From Candidatus Parcubacteria bacterium (GTDB taxonomy: Bacteria; Patescibacteriota; Patescibacteriia; UBA1558; GWA2-36-10): a stretch of DNA of 64,000 nucleotides. This document shows positions 28,335 through 39,999 of this stretch, one piece after another; position 1 is the first letter of the stretch, and the number at the start of each line of letters is the position of its first letter. The translations under genes were made by a program, and so were the position numbers. The notes beneath the pieces were generated by a model, which made no database searches, was not told the origin of the DNA, and saw nothing but the letters and a program-made list of their open reading frames with translations. The stretch lies in contig JABJNO010000018.1 of the NCBI GenBank assembly GCA_018664825.1, forward strand, positions 22,722 to 86,721, read 5' to 3'.

Positions 28335-30761
28335 CTAGCGTAAAACTGCCTTAAATTTTTTGCTCAAAATATCCTCTATCTTGCCCATCAATTTATCAAT
28401 ATCTTCGGCTAGCAAAGTCCTTTCGTCACTACGAAACTCTATGTGAAAGGCAATGGACTTTTGACCCTTATCTACATTTTTACCTGTATAGATATCAAAC
28501 AGCTCTACAAGTTTTATCAAAGAAGATGCTTTGTAGACTTCATTTTCAATATCTTGCCATTTGATAGACTGATCGACCACTAAGGCCATATCTCTTTCAA
28601 TGCTAGGAAATTTTGCTAAAGCCTGAAACTTTCTGGCTCTATTTATGTATTTGGTAGTAGCAGTAAAATCTAATTGCCAAAAACCTACGTTGACCTTGGT
28701 ATCTCCACTATCAAATAAATCTGAATTTAATATTCCAAAATTACCCAAGATGATTTGTTGCTGTTTGACTTGAAAGGCCAATTCGGCAAAAGGTAATTCT
28801 ACTTCTTCTATTTCCCAATCAATATTCCAATAATCTTTCATTGTTTCCAATAGTCCTTTGACTGACAAAAATGTATCTTGAGCGCTTTGTTTACTCACTT
28901 CTACGCCAACTAGGTATTTGTCTTGCTTTGGTAAAAACTTTTTCTTGGACGGATCAGTATGATAGGAGCCTTTGGAATTTTTATCAAAAGTCCTTTCCAG
29001 TTCAAAAATATTAAACTCTTCATACCAACGCAAATTCTCTTCTGCTTTTTTGAGTAAGTTTGGTAAAAGTGAAATATTTAAGTAAGCTTGCTCAGGACTA
29101 AATGGATTGGCTACCTTGATATGCTTGCCCAAATCAAATCCCAATCGCTTGGCCCAAATCTGATCTGTAAAAGGGTAAGTATATATCTCATGATAATTTT
29201 GAGAACAAGCCAAGAATTTTTTAATCTCTTTACTTTCTTGAAGTCTTATATCTATTTCTGGTTTTTTCAAAGATACTATTGGCAACTTTGATTCTAGATT
29301 GTCATAACGATAAATCCTAGCTACCTCCTCCACTATATCCTCTGGTATAGAAATATCTTTGGTTGCCCGGAAGCTTGGTACATTGATATCAAATGTTTTG
29401 GCTTTGTATTTTATATCAAATTGTAAACGTTTCAAAATATCTTTGATTTCGGCTGTTGGGATAATTTGTCCAAAACGCTCATTGATCAAAGCTTCTGGTA
29501 CTTTTATATTTATTTCTTTAAAAGGATTGTTATCTACATCCACCAACTCACTAGCTACATAGGCTTCTTTATTTAAAGCCAAGATCATCTCAGTAGCCTT
29601 TTTGATGGCCATCTCTGCTAATACTGGATCAAGAGATTTTTCAAAACGAGTAGAACTTTCGGATCGCAATCCCAAGGCTACAGATGTACGTCTGACACTA
29701 GCTGCTTTAAAATTAGCAGATTCCAAAATAATATTAGTAGTATCATTGCTAATTTCACTATTTTGTCCTCCCATAATACCAGCCAAGGCCACATTGCGCT
29801 GACTATCTGCAATCATCAAAGCTCCTTCTGGTAATTTTCTTTTTTCACCATCCAGAGTAACAAATTTATCTCCCTTTATGGCTTGTTTGACTACAATATG
29901 ATTATCCGCAATTTGTTTTGCATCAAAAGCATGCATTGGCTGACCCAATTCATACATTATATAATTTGTGACATCGACAATGTTGTTGATTGGACGGATG
30001 TCTACTGATTCCAACAAAACTTTGAGCCACCATGGAGATTCTTCTACTTTGACACCATGTATAGCTAGCCCCAAGTAGCGATAACAATTTTCCTTGTCTT
30101 CTACGTCTACCCTGAGCTTTATTTCTTTTTTAGATTCCAACTCAGCTACCTTGTATTCTTTTAGCTTGGTCTTGTAGATAGCTGCCAACTCTCTGGCCAT
30201 GCCATATTGGCCCCATAGATCAGGCCTATGGTTTATAGATTTATTATCAATATCAATGACTATATCATTTAGTTTCAGGGCTTCTGCCAAAGGCTGACCA
30301 ACTTTTGGACGCATACTAGATAAGTCCAGTATTTCATTTTCTGATTCAGCTGGAAATAAATTGCCCAAACCAATTTCTGAAGAAGCTGCAATCATACCAT
30401 TTGATTCTACTCCTCTGATTTTGGTCTTTTCCAAGGTCACCAATTCACCTTGACCATGCCATTTGACTTTGGAGCCTACTTTGGCCAGAGCCACTGTCAT
30501 ACCTTTTTTCAAATTGTTACCACCACAGACAATTTGTTCTTCTTTTTCTCCAATATCAACCTGACAAACATACAGACGGTCTGCATTTGGATGTTTGGTA
30601 AGTTCAGTAATTTTACCAGCTACGATATCTTTGAGGGATTCAGATTGATCCATTACTCCTTCAACCTCAACAGTAGACATAGTCAAATCAAGAGCCAATT
30701 GCTTGGCATCTATGTTTGGAAGTTTCAAATGTTTTTTTACCCAATTGAGTGATAGATACAT
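28335..30761 (-). CDS. pheT: Phenylalanyl-tRNA synthetase beta subunit
   Basis: It is 808 aa and sits immediately downstream of pheS, with a tRNA-binding N-terminus and B3/4-B5-like core. Confidence 0.8.
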   Translation of the reverse strand: MYLSLNWVKKHLKLPNIDAKQLALDLTMSTVEVEGVMDQSESLKDIVAGKITELTKHPNADRLYVCQVDIGEKEEQIVCGGNNLKKGMTVALAKVGSKVKWHGQGELVTLEKTKIRGVESNGMIAASSEIGLGNLFPAESENEILDLSSMRPKVGQPLAEALKLNDIVIDIDNKSINHRPDLWGQYGMARELAAIYKTKLKEYKVAELESKKEIKLRVDVEDKENCYRYLGLAIHGVKVEESPWWLKVLLESVDIRPINNIVDVTNYIMYELGQPMHAFDAKQIADNHIVVKQAIKGDKFVTLDGEKRKLPEGALMIADSQRNVALAGIMGGQNSEISNDTTNIILESANFKAASVRRTSVALGLRSESSTRFEKSLDPVLAEMAIKKATEMILALNKEAYVASELVDVDNNPFKEINIKVPEALINERFGQIIPTAEIKDILKRLQFDIKYKAKTFDINVPSFRATKDISIPEDIVEEVARIYRYDNLESKLPIVSLKKPEIDIRLQESKEIKKFLACSQNYHEIYTYPFTDQIWAKRLGFDLGKHIKVANPFSPEQAYLNISLLPNLLKKAEENLRWYEEFNIFELERTFDKNSKGSYHTDPSKKKFLPKQDKYLVGVEVSKQSAQDTFLSVKGLLETMKDYWNIDWEIEEVELPFAELAFQVKQQQIILGNFGILNSDLFDSGDTKVNVGFWQLDFTATTKYINRARKFQALAKFPSIERDMALVVDQSIKWQDIENEVYKASSLIKLVELFDIYTGKNVDKGQKSIAFHIEFRSDERTLLAEDIDKLMGKIEDILSKKFKAVLR

Positions 30762-30762
30762 A

Positions 30763-31770
30763 TTAAAATTGTCTTAAAAATCTTAGGTCACCAGATTGTA
30801 ATAATCGAATATCATCAATCTTGTATTTCATCATGATTAGTCTAGAAAATCCCAGACCAAAAGCAAAGCCTGAATATTCATTTGGATCGAGTCCACCTGC
30901 TTTGAGCACTTCTGGATGAACCATGCCACAAGGCATGAGCTCTACCCAGCCAGACTGACTGCACACACTGCAACCCTTGCCGTCACAAATCAGGCATTTT
31001 ATATCTAACTCAAAACCCGGCTCTACAAAAGGAAAAAATCCAGGACGAAGTCTAACATCAACATCTGTTTGAAACATTGCAGATAAAGTAGACTTCATAA
31101 CTGAAATCAAATTACCAATATTTATACCCTTGTCCACCATCAAGCCTTCTAGTTGATAAAAAGTATGATCATGTGAAGCATCGGTAGCTTCGTTTCTAAA
31201 AACTCTACCAGGGAAAATACCTCTAAATGGCGCTCCATATTTTTCTAGCATCCTCACTTGGAGGTTTGATGTCTGACTACGCATAAGCAGCCCACCCTCA
31301 AGCCAAAAGGTGTCTTGTGAGTCACGAGCCGGGTGATCTTCAGGAGTATTGAGGGCTGTAAAATTGTAATAATCAGATTCTACTTGTGGCCCATCATAAA
31401 CACCAAATCCCATCTGTACAAAAATATCTTCAATTTCATTTTGAATAATAGTAGCTGGGTGCAAATGTCCTATTTTGTTGCGAGCACCTGGCACGGTAGC
31501 ATCAAAGCCTGTCCCGCCTTCTTTTTTATCTTTTATGATTCTCTCAGTCTTCTGGAAAACATCTGTAAATTCTTTTTTAAATTCATTGGCTAGTTTACCC
31601 ATACGTGGTTTTTCCTCAATTGCCAAATCTTTTACTTCTTTCAAGACTTGAGTAAGCTTACCTTTACGTCCAAGGTATTTTGTCTTCAAATCAGCCAAAA
31701 ACTCACTGTCTTTAACACTATCCAGTTCGTCCAACATTTGTTGTTTGATTTCTTGAAGTTTCTTTTCCAT
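30763..31770 (-). CDS. pheS: Phenylalanyl-tRNA synthetase alpha subunit
   Basis: It has a class II core (FPFVEPGFELDIKC...GCGMVHPEVL). Confidence 0.85.
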   Translation of the reverse strand: MEKKLQEIKQQMLDELDSVKDSEFLADLKTKYLGRKGKLTQVLKEVKDLAIEEKPRMGKLANEFKKEFTDVFQKTERIIKDKKEGGTGFDATVPGARNKIGHLHPATIIQNEIEDIFVQMGFGVYDGPQVESDYYNFTALNTPEDHPARDSQDTFWLEGGLLMRSQTSNLQVRMLEKYGAPFRGIFPGRVFRNEATDASHDHTFYQLEGLMVDKGINIGNLISVMKSTLSAMFQTDVDVRLRPGFFPFVEPGFELDIKCLICDGKGCSVCSQSGWVELMPCGMVHPEVLKAGGLDPNEYSGFAFGLGFSRLIMMKYKIDDIRLLQSGDLRFLRQF

Positions 31771-31774
31771 ATAT

Positions 31775-32212
31775 TTATGTATCTAATTTATTTTCACTAC
31801 TTTGGCGAAAAACCAAAACTACGAATTCCACTACTGTGGCCAGTACAACCAAAAGTAGTATATTCCACCAAGTCAGCACTTGTGCGGCTTGTAGCCACAA
31901 AGCAATCATCAAGGCACCTGAAAAAATAATCCCCTGACGAAAAGATTCGGTGACCATCAGTCTAGGAATACCTCGTTTGCGATTCCAAGCTACGCGAAGT
32001 CCAAATCCCACTAAAGACAAAGTACCCAATGTACTAAGGAACAATACTGAGTAAAACATTATAAAAATTATCAAATTGGCCTGAAAAGGGTCAAAATTGT
32101 TGATAATTATAAAAAAACCCAGCCACGCAATAATTGTGGCCACTAGCATGCTTATATTGTAACTCTTGATATTCATCAGTATAAATATACTAAAAATAAG
32201 GCGAAAAATCAA
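31775..32212 (-). CDS. Hypothetical polytopic membrane protein
   Basis: It has four hydrophobic segments and lies 4 nt downstream of pheS. Confidence 0.45.
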   Translation of the reverse strand: MIFRLIFSIFILMNIKSYNISMLVATIIAWLGFFIIINNFDPFQANLIIFIMFYSVLFLSTLGTLSLVGFGLRVAWNRKRGIPRLMVTESFRQGIIFSGALMIALWLQAAQVLTWWNILLLVVLATVVEFVVLVFRQSSENKLDT

Positions 32213-32217
32213 TCCCC

Positions 32218-33165
32218 CTAACTTTGAGAATCTAAGCTCAAATTAACCTTCTCCAAATGCTCGTCTATTGTTTTCTTTATCACTTGATATTGATCGTCGG
32301 GCAACTGACTTTTGAAATAGCCCAAAATATTTTCAATAGCCCCCACTTTAACAACTTGTTCCAATGATACCTTTAAATTAAAATCAAATGTCCATGCCAA
32401 ATATTGCAACATGAACGATTCATATGATTTACATTTTGATCTATCAATCATTTCTCCCTTAGCAAAACTTTCTAATAATTCTGGAGGATCAATAATGCCC
32501 TTTTCTCCTTCAAGTCCATTGACCTCTATTTGTTTTTCTTTTTCTTCTTGATTATGAAGATATATATCGGTTTTAGCTCTAAAGATAGATAGCTTGTCTA
32601 TATCTCTCAAAATACTAGTAAAAAAATATTTCAATTTGTCCAAAGAATCTGGATCTTCACCAATATCTGGAGTTTTTATATCTGCATGATGTTCGACTGC
32701 GTATTCTATGATAGCTCTTACATCTTCTGGGTATTTATCCAAGACTCCCCAGTCTCTCAACAAATTTACTGATTCCTCACCATGGTGCTTGAATGGCCTA
32801 TAACCATCTTCCAATATAGCTAGTTTTCTTTTGGCCTCAACCGCCCTACCCAAATCATGCACGCTAGCCAAAAACTCTAACACACCATAATTTTCTTCTG
32901 GAATGCTTTCACGAAAATTATCATAAATAGTCCTCTCACATTCTACCATGGATGATATTCTGTGGATCAACTTTGCCTCTCTCCATGGATGATTTTCCGG
33001 CAAATCCTTGGTCAGGTCATAAATATTTCTCTCAACCAAAATACTAGCCTCTACTATATTTTCTGCTTCACAAAGAGGCTGATTATCAATTTCTACAGCT
33101 CCATTGATAAATTCGATATTCAGAGTATTTTTTTCTTTTTCTGCGTCGTGTATTTCTCTAAACAT
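32218..33165 (-). CDS. HD-domain phosphohydrolase
   Basis: It carries the H...HD motif (ASVHDLGR) and downstream His/Asp residues. Confidence 0.6.
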   Translation of the reverse strand: MFREIHDAEKEKNTLNIEFINGAVEIDNQPLCEAENIVEASILVERNIYDLTKDLPENHPWREAKLIHRISSMVECERTIYDNFRESIPEENYGVLEFLASVHDLGRAVEAKRKLAILEDGYRPFKHHGEESVNLLRDWGVLDKYPEDVRAIIEYAVEHHADIKTPDIGEDPDSLDKLKYFFTSILRDIDKLSIFRAKTDIYLHNQEEKEKQIEVNGLEGEKGIIDPPELLESFAKGEMIDRSKCKSYESFMLQYLAWTFDFNLKVSLEQVVKVGAIENILGYFKSQLPDDQYQVIKKTIDEHLEKVNLSLDSQS

Positions 33166-33170
33166 ATTTT

Positions 33171-33467
33171 TTAAATCAAATACTTAATCTTATTGACCAC
33201 TTTCCCATCAAACCTACTATTCAAAATCTTGATAAATTGCTCTTCTTGGCTACTAATTTCTTGATACAAACTATCTGACAATACAGCGATAGTCAATTTG
33301 CTGTCGCTCCAATATATTGCTCGGGCAATGTTTTCTGCTTCTTTGGTAAACAGATCTATTATCAGCCGATTGGCCTTTTCGATAATCAAAGACTCGTGCA
33401 CTTTATTGGAAATGCCTTTTTTGTATAAATTTTTTTTTGCAACACTTTCGATTGATGACCAGGACAT
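33171..33467 (-). CDS. DUF721/DciA-like small protein (tentative)
   Basis: The pattern A.AIYW.D.KLTIAV.S.SL.QEIS..EEQ.I..LN......V..IKY fits the DUF721 consensus as I remember it. Confidence 0.4.
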   Translation of the reverse strand: MSWSSIESVAKKNLYKKGISNKVHESLIIEKANRLIIDLFTKEAENIARAIYWSDSKLTIAVLSDSLYQEISSQEEQFIKILNSRFDGKVVNKIKYLI

Positions 33468-33470
33468 AAT

Positions 33471-33737
33471 TTATTTTTTATAAAATCGTTTTTGCCAAAT
33501 ATTTCTAAAAAACGGCAATGATAATGTAGATAGCAAAAATCCTACGGTTGGCACTATAGAATTTAGCCATGGTCTAGAGATATCAATTGCCATCATATAT
33601 AAACTCAATATCAAATAAGTAAAAATCATCAATAAAATTCTTCGCATATGACTAGTCTCCCAAGCCTTATCGCTCTCTACTTGTTCATTTCTATTTTTTA
33701 TCTCTTCTAAATCTTTTTCTAATTTTTCAAAATCCAT
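33471..33737 (-). CDS. Small membrane protein
   Basis: It has two hydrophobic helices and lies 3 nt from its neighbours. Confidence 0.4.
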   Translation of the reverse strand: MDFEKLEKDLEEIKNRNEQVESDKAWETSHMRRILLMIFTYLILSLYMMAIDISRPWLNSIVPTVGFLLSTLSLPFFRNIWQKRFYKK

Positions 33738-33740
33738 AAT

Positions 33741-36677
33741 TTATTTATTTACTTTTGCAAAAGGACAAATCTTGTTGTAGTCACAAGTATTACAGATAAA
33801 GCCTGGAGTAGCTGTAAAATCATGAGACAAGATATTGTCAATTGTAGTTGATATCCAATCTTTTGTCTTAGCAATTTCTTTGTCTGTACCCACAAAAGAT
33901 ACTGGTGTATTTTTTGTTAGATAAAAGAAAGTAAGATTTTTTATTTTTGTATTAAAAACTTCGGCAGCCGCAATCTGATAAATCAACAGTTGTTTTTTAT
34001 CATCAAAAGCAAGCTTCTCTTTTACTTTACCTGTTTTGTAATCAATAATGTCCCAGCCAGTTTCATCGGCATCTACTCTATCAAACACACCTCGTACACT
34101 ATAATCATTTACCTTGATAGTAAACCCTTTTTCCAAAAATAGCGGCACAGTCCAACTGTCTTTGTATTTGGTATAATAATCTTTCAAAATACGAATACCT
34201 TCTTTGTGATATCTTTGTTGTTCGGCTTCTGATGGATACCAATCATCTATCCAGCTTGTTTCATAAAAGTTGAGCAAATCTTGTTGACTTGGATATTTTA
34301 CTTTTTTATCTTTAGCAAACAAATCTCCCTGTCCCGCATTGTTGCGTTCTATGATCAATTGATAAAATTTTTGTAGCGCGGAGTGCATAGTTTTACCAAA
34401 ACTAAAATATGGGTTTCCTGGAGTTGGAATCTTGGCAATAAAACTATAAAAATATTGTTGAGGGCAAGACTCATAAGCCTTGAGCTGAGAAAAAGAAAAG
34501 GTCTTTGGTAAGGGATACTTTGGTTTGTCAGTTTTTTTGCTGACCTCAACCGGCTCAGCTTCTTTGGAAGCGATAGCCTTGGAAGCGATATTTAGCTCTT
34601 CGATAAAACGAGATGGTTTTTTCTCCCGAGTACCTCCATAGTCTTTGGCCAAAGTCAGATAAACTCCTCTTTTGGCTCTAGTCAAGGCCACATAAAACAA
34701 TCTTCTTTCTTCTTGTAGATGGGCGTCACCAGTTGGCAAATCTTCTTTGATAAATTCTTCTGGTATTTCAATCGGATCTTTACGAGAAGTACTAGGAAAA
34801 CGAAGATGCACCATATTTGTCACAAAAATATATTTGAACTCCAGACCTTTGGAGCCATGCACGGTCATCACCTTTACTACGTCTGGTCCAGCTTCGGCAT
34901 CATACTGTAGAGAGCCCATTTCGCCTGATTCTAGCTCCATTTCTATTGATTGGAGGAAATCATGCACCCTAGCCCCTTGGACAGCCTCTTCTTCCCAGTT
35001 TCTGATTTTTCTATAAAATTGATTGAGGTAATTTTGTTGTTCTTGGTTGTACTGATTTTCTTCTATAGTAATCATCTGTAAATAGCCACTATCTTCTAAC
35101 CATTGATAAACGACCTGTGACACTGACTTGTGCTTGGCTAGTTCTGTGTGAGCTTCTATGTTTTTTATTATTTTTTGCAAAATTCTTTTTTCACCTTCTA
35201 GGATGTTGATGTGTAAATGATGGTTACGAACAGCATAATACAAGCTCCAAGATTTTTTGCGAGCTAGATGATTGAGGTTGATAATTGTTTCTATCCTCAA
35301 ACCAGTAGAAGGCAAACTCAAAATCCTATACAAAGAAGCTGACTCATGATAATTGTCGAGTAATTTCAAATAAGCCACAATATCCAAAACAACATTTTGA
35401 GTATAAAGACCACGTGATGCCATAAACTGATTTGGCATACCAACGGCGCGCATCATAGAAACAAAACCTTGGGCCTGATCATTTGCTCTGACCAAAATAG
35501 CAAAATCTGACCACTGGAGATCTTTGTTTTTTTTCTTTATGTTTTGTATCTGCCTTAGCACTCCATCTATCTCCGAGGCTTTATCTGCAAAAGACAAGAC
35601 TTCTACCCTACCCTCGTCTTCCGCGTGACTGATAAGTTTTTTGTTCAAAGATTTTTTCTTTTTCTTGAGTTGGAATTCTAGTCTATCTGGATTGTTGAGT
35701 TGAATAAAATTGTAAGCACTATCCAAAATATGCTGACCAGAACGATAATTGTCTACCAAAAATATTTCAGCCAATTTTTTGGTCTTTGTACTTTTATAAT
35801 CTTTTTGGAAATTCAAAATATTTGATATAGCTGCTCCTCGAAATTTATAAATTGCCTGATCATCATCACCTACTACCATCAAATTATTTTTTGGAGCGGC
35901 CAATAATTTTATCAATTCATATTGAGCCCAGTTGGTATCCTGAAACTCATCAACCATAATATATTTGAACTGCTCACGAAATTTTTTGAGTACTGGTTTT
36001 CTCTTTTGAAAAAGTCTCAAAGTATAATTTATCAAATCACCAAAATCCAAAGCATTGTTGTCTAGTAACAACTGCTGATAGACATGGTAAGCATTAGCGA
36101 CCTCTCTCACTCTACTGATTTCTTGTTCGGCTTCTTCTCTGTCTCCTGCTTGATCAGAATCAAGATGTAAGCTCTCGGCGTACTTGAGATAATCTTCTGG
36201 ATAGATTACTTCGTCTTTGCACCTGGAAAAATGTCCAAGTAAAGCATGTATAAATCTAGTCGGACTTCCCAAGGGACTATAATAATCCAAATCAAATTTT
36301 TCCAAATTTTCTCTGACTAACATCCAAGCTGCGGTTGTATCCAAAAGTTTAAAATCATTTGATAATCCGACATCTATAGCATAGTCTTTGAGAATTCTTT
36401 CACAAAGCCCATGAAAAGTATGAATCCATAAATCGGCATATCCCAATGGCAATAGCTGATCAACTCTTTCTTCCATCTCTCCAGATGCTTTGTCAGTAAA
36501 AGTGACCGCCAATATCTCATCTGGCTTGGCCAACTCCTGCTCTATCAAATAGGCTATTCGCTGAGTAATAACCGTGGTTTTTCCAGTACCAGCTCCGGCA
36601 ATCAAAATAGCCGGCCCATCTTTGTGGGTTACGGCCTGTTTTTGGGCTTTATTCAAATATGATAAATCAATTGGCAT
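33741..36677 (-). CDS. UvrD/PcrA-family helicase fused to a C-terminal RecB/Cas4-like PD-(D/E)xK nuclease with a 4-Cys Fe-S cluster (AddA-like helicase-nuclease)
   Basis: Walker A reads AGAGTGKTT. UvrD motifs are present. The C-terminal part reads SCPQQYF...FDRVDAD...IIDYKTGK...CNTCDYNKICPF. Confidence 0.8.
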   Translation of the reverse strand: MPIDLSYLNKAQKQAVTHKDGPAILIAGAGTGKTTVITQRIAYLIEQELAKPDEILAVTFTDKASGEMEERVDQLLPLGYADLWIHTFHGLCERILKDYAIDVGLSNDFKLLDTTAAWMLVRENLEKFDLDYYSPLGSPTRFIHALLGHFSRCKDEVIYPEDYLKYAESLHLDSDQAGDREEAEQEISRVREVANAYHVYQQLLLDNNALDFGDLINYTLRLFQKRKPVLKKFREQFKYIMVDEFQDTNWAQYELIKLLAAPKNNLMVVGDDDQAIYKFRGAAISNILNFQKDYKSTKTKKLAEIFLVDNYRSGQHILDSAYNFIQLNNPDRLEFQLKKKKKSLNKKLISHAEDEGRVEVLSFADKASEIDGVLRQIQNIKKKNKDLQWSDFAILVRANDQAQGFVSMMRAVGMPNQFMASRGLYTQNVVLDIVAYLKLLDNYHESASLYRILSLPSTGLRIETIINLNHLARKKSWSLYYAVRNHHLHINILEGEKRILQKIIKNIEAHTELAKHKSVSQVVYQWLEDSGYLQMITIEENQYNQEQQNYLNQFYRKIRNWEEEAVQGARVHDFLQSIEMELESGEMGSLQYDAEAGPDVVKVMTVHGSKGLEFKYIFVTNMVHLRFPSTSRKDPIEIPEEFIKEDLPTGDAHLQEERRLFYVALTRAKRGVYLTLAKDYGGTREKKPSRFIEELNIASKAIASKEAEPVEVSKKTDKPKYPLPKTFSFSQLKAYESCPQQYFYSFIAKIPTPGNPYFSFGKTMHSALQKFYQLIIERNNAGQGDLFAKDKKVKYPSQQDLLNFYETSWIDDWYPSEAEQQRYHKEGIRILKDYYTKYKDSWTVPLFLEKGFTIKVNDYSVRGVFDRVDADETGWDIIDYKTGKVKEKLAFDDKKQLLIYQIAAAEVFNTKIKNLTFFYLTKNTPVSFVGTDKEIAKTKDWISTTIDNILSHDFTATPGFICNTCDYNKICPFAKVNK

Positions 36678-36707
36678 GGCTATATTTTACCGCATAACAC
36701 CATAAAA

Positions 36708-36742
36708 ATCAAAATATAAAAACCCCGCTTTGGCGAGGTTAA
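36708..36742 (-). terminator. Rho-independent terminator ending the atp operon / carbonic-anhydrase-like transcript
   Basis: The minus-strand hairpin is cctcgcc-aaa-gcgggg with a G-U pair, followed by a T-run. Confidence 0.45.
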
Positions 36743-36748
36743 TTTTAT

Positions 36749-37195
36749 CTATTCTACTATGGTATATTCTAGGCCTTGTGGTACTTTTTTACTATAAGCC
36801 ATAATAATTTCTTGATCTTCAGGAAGTTCTTTGGCTAGCATATCTTTGACTGTTTGAATATCTCTTCTATATGTTTTTTCTTCTTCGTCAGCTGTAGTAA
36901 AAGCCTTACTACCACCATAACCACCACAATCCCAGTGCCACAAAAGTAAAAGTTTTTTTGCATTATGTAAATTACGAGACACTGACATAATTTTTTCTAT
37001 AAAAGATGTTTTGAAACCATTGTTTTTCAAAACTTCTTTGGCAGCTCCTGGCCATGAAAACAAATCAAAATCAGCAAAGCCTAATACTTTTTCTACAAAC
37101 TCTTGATCAGAATTACGAAAACGCCAATCAATACATCGGATAACTGCCAATGGACATTCGTGTTTGTCTAATTTGTCATTAGGTATAATACTCAT
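36749..37195 (-). CDS. Beta-carbonic-anhydrase-like protein (degenerate CxDxR...HxxCGG motifs)
   Basis: It carries CIDWRF and HWDCGGYGG and lies 4 nt downstream of atpC. Confidence 0.4.
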   Translation of the reverse strand: MSIIPNDKLDKHECPLAVIRCIDWRFRNSDQEFVEKVLGFADFDLFSWPGAAKEVLKNNGFKTSFIEKIMSVSRNLHNAKKLLLLWHWDCGGYGGSKAFTTADEEEKTYRRDIQTVKDMLAKELPEDQEIIMAYSKKVPQGLEYTIVE

Positions 37196-37198
37196 ATT

Positions 37199-37645
37199 CT
37201 ATTGATTAGTTGGTCTACCAGTACGTACGCCTCTCTTTTTATATTTTCTAGCTACACGCAAACGAGCCATTTCTTTTTCCATCAAAGCTGTAAACATGGC
37301 AAACTGTTCTGCGTCTGTAGTTTTTGTCTTAAGCACTTCTTCGGCCTTCTTTCTTGCTTCTTCAGCACGAGCTTCATCAATATCCTCAGCTCTTTCTGCT
37401 GTGTCTGCCAAAATTACCATCTGATCAGGCAAAATTTCTACTATCCCACCAGAAACAGCCATCAATGATTCATCTGTACCATTGAAACGTACCAATACTT
37501 CACCTGGCGCCAATTGGCTGACCAAAGGAATGTGATTTGGTAAAACGGTAATCTGCCCCATAGTAGTAGAAATAGAAGCCTGCAAAACCTCGTCTTCAAA
37601 CAAGACTTTTTCTGGAGTTACAATTTTTAATTTAAAATTTTTCAT
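37199..37645 (-). CDS. atpC: F1 ATP synthase epsilon subunit
   Basis: Sequence and operon position support this. Confidence 0.85.
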   Translation of the reverse strand: MKNFKLKIVTPEKVLFEDEVLQASISTTMGQITVLPNHIPLVSQLAPGEVLVRFNGTDESLMAVSGGIVEILPDQMVILADTAERAEDIDEARAEEARKKAEEVLKTKTTDAEQFAMFTALMEKEMARLRVARKYKKRGVRTGRPTNQ

Positions 37646-37665
37646 AAAATCGTATCAAACGAAAT

Positions 37666-39042
<1,377 letters not shown>

Positions 39043-39063
39043 TTAAAATTTTCACTTAATATA

Positions 39064-39978
39064 TTATTCTAAAGCGGCGCTACCTGCTGCAATCTCGGCA
39101 ATTTCACCGGTAATGCCAGCTTGACGAGCCTGATTATATGCTAATGTCAAATCATCTATCATATCACCAGCAGCATCAGTTGCGTTTCTCATGGCAAACA
39201 TACGAGCACTGTGTTCGGAAGCTTCTGACTCCAAAACTGATTGATAAATTTGTACTTCTACTAATCTTGGTAAAAAGGCATCCAATACTTGTCTTGTATC
39301 TGGTTCAAAAATAAACTCTGCAAAACTATCAACGCTTATTTTTTCAACCTTATCTTTTCCGTGTTTGATATGTCCTAATCTTTCATCTATCTCTGGCACT
39401 ATTGGTAACAATTGTTTTACGTGGGGCACTTGTTTTATAGATGACATAAAGTCAGTATAAGCTACAAAAACTTTATCATATTTCTTGGCCAAAAAATCTT
39501 TGGTAATCATATGAGAAATTGGCCTAATATCTTCTGAAGAAGCTGTAATGTCTTCTTTGTGAAAATCAGCTACTAGGCTTATATTGTGGCGACGAGCTTC
39601 GTCGCGTCCTTTTGTACCACAAGTAATAACACTTGTCTCTACTCTCTCTGGGTGATGAATCTCAATAGATTTAATTACCTTGTTTACCAAGGTAGCATTA
39701 AAACTACCACAAAGACCACGATTGGTACTAATCAGTACTACGGCCACTTTTTTTACTTTCTTTGGTTCGATAAAAAATGGATGTTTGTTGGTATCTATTT
39801 TCTTTACCAAGTGTAGCACTGTATCCCAAACTAAATCAGAATAAGAACGTGAAGATAGTACGCGTGATACTGCTTTACGCATTTTGGCGGCTGACACCAA
39901 TTCCATAGCCTTGGTAATTTTTTTGGTGTTTTTTACCGATTTTATTCTTCTTTGTATGTCTCTACTTGCCTGGGGCAT
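39064..39978 (-). CDS. atpG: F1 ATP synthase gamma subunit
   Basis: Sequence and position support this. Confidence 0.8.
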   Translation of the reverse strand: MPQASRDIQRRIKSVKNTKKITKAMELVSAAKMRKAVSRVLSSRSYSDLVWDTVLHLVKKIDTNKHPFFIEPKKVKKVAVVLISTNRGLCGSFNATLVNKVIKSIEIHHPERVETSVITCGTKGRDEARRHNISLVADFHKEDITASSEDIRPISHMITKDFLAKKYDKVFVAYTDFMSSIKQVPHVKQLLPIVPEIDERLGHIKHGKDKVEKISVDSFAEFIFEPDTRQVLDAFLPRLVEVQIYQSVLESEASEHSARMFAMRNATDAAGDMIDDLTLAYNQARQAGITGEIAEIAAGSAALE

Positions 39979-39999
39979 ATATTTAATCGACTAATTAAA

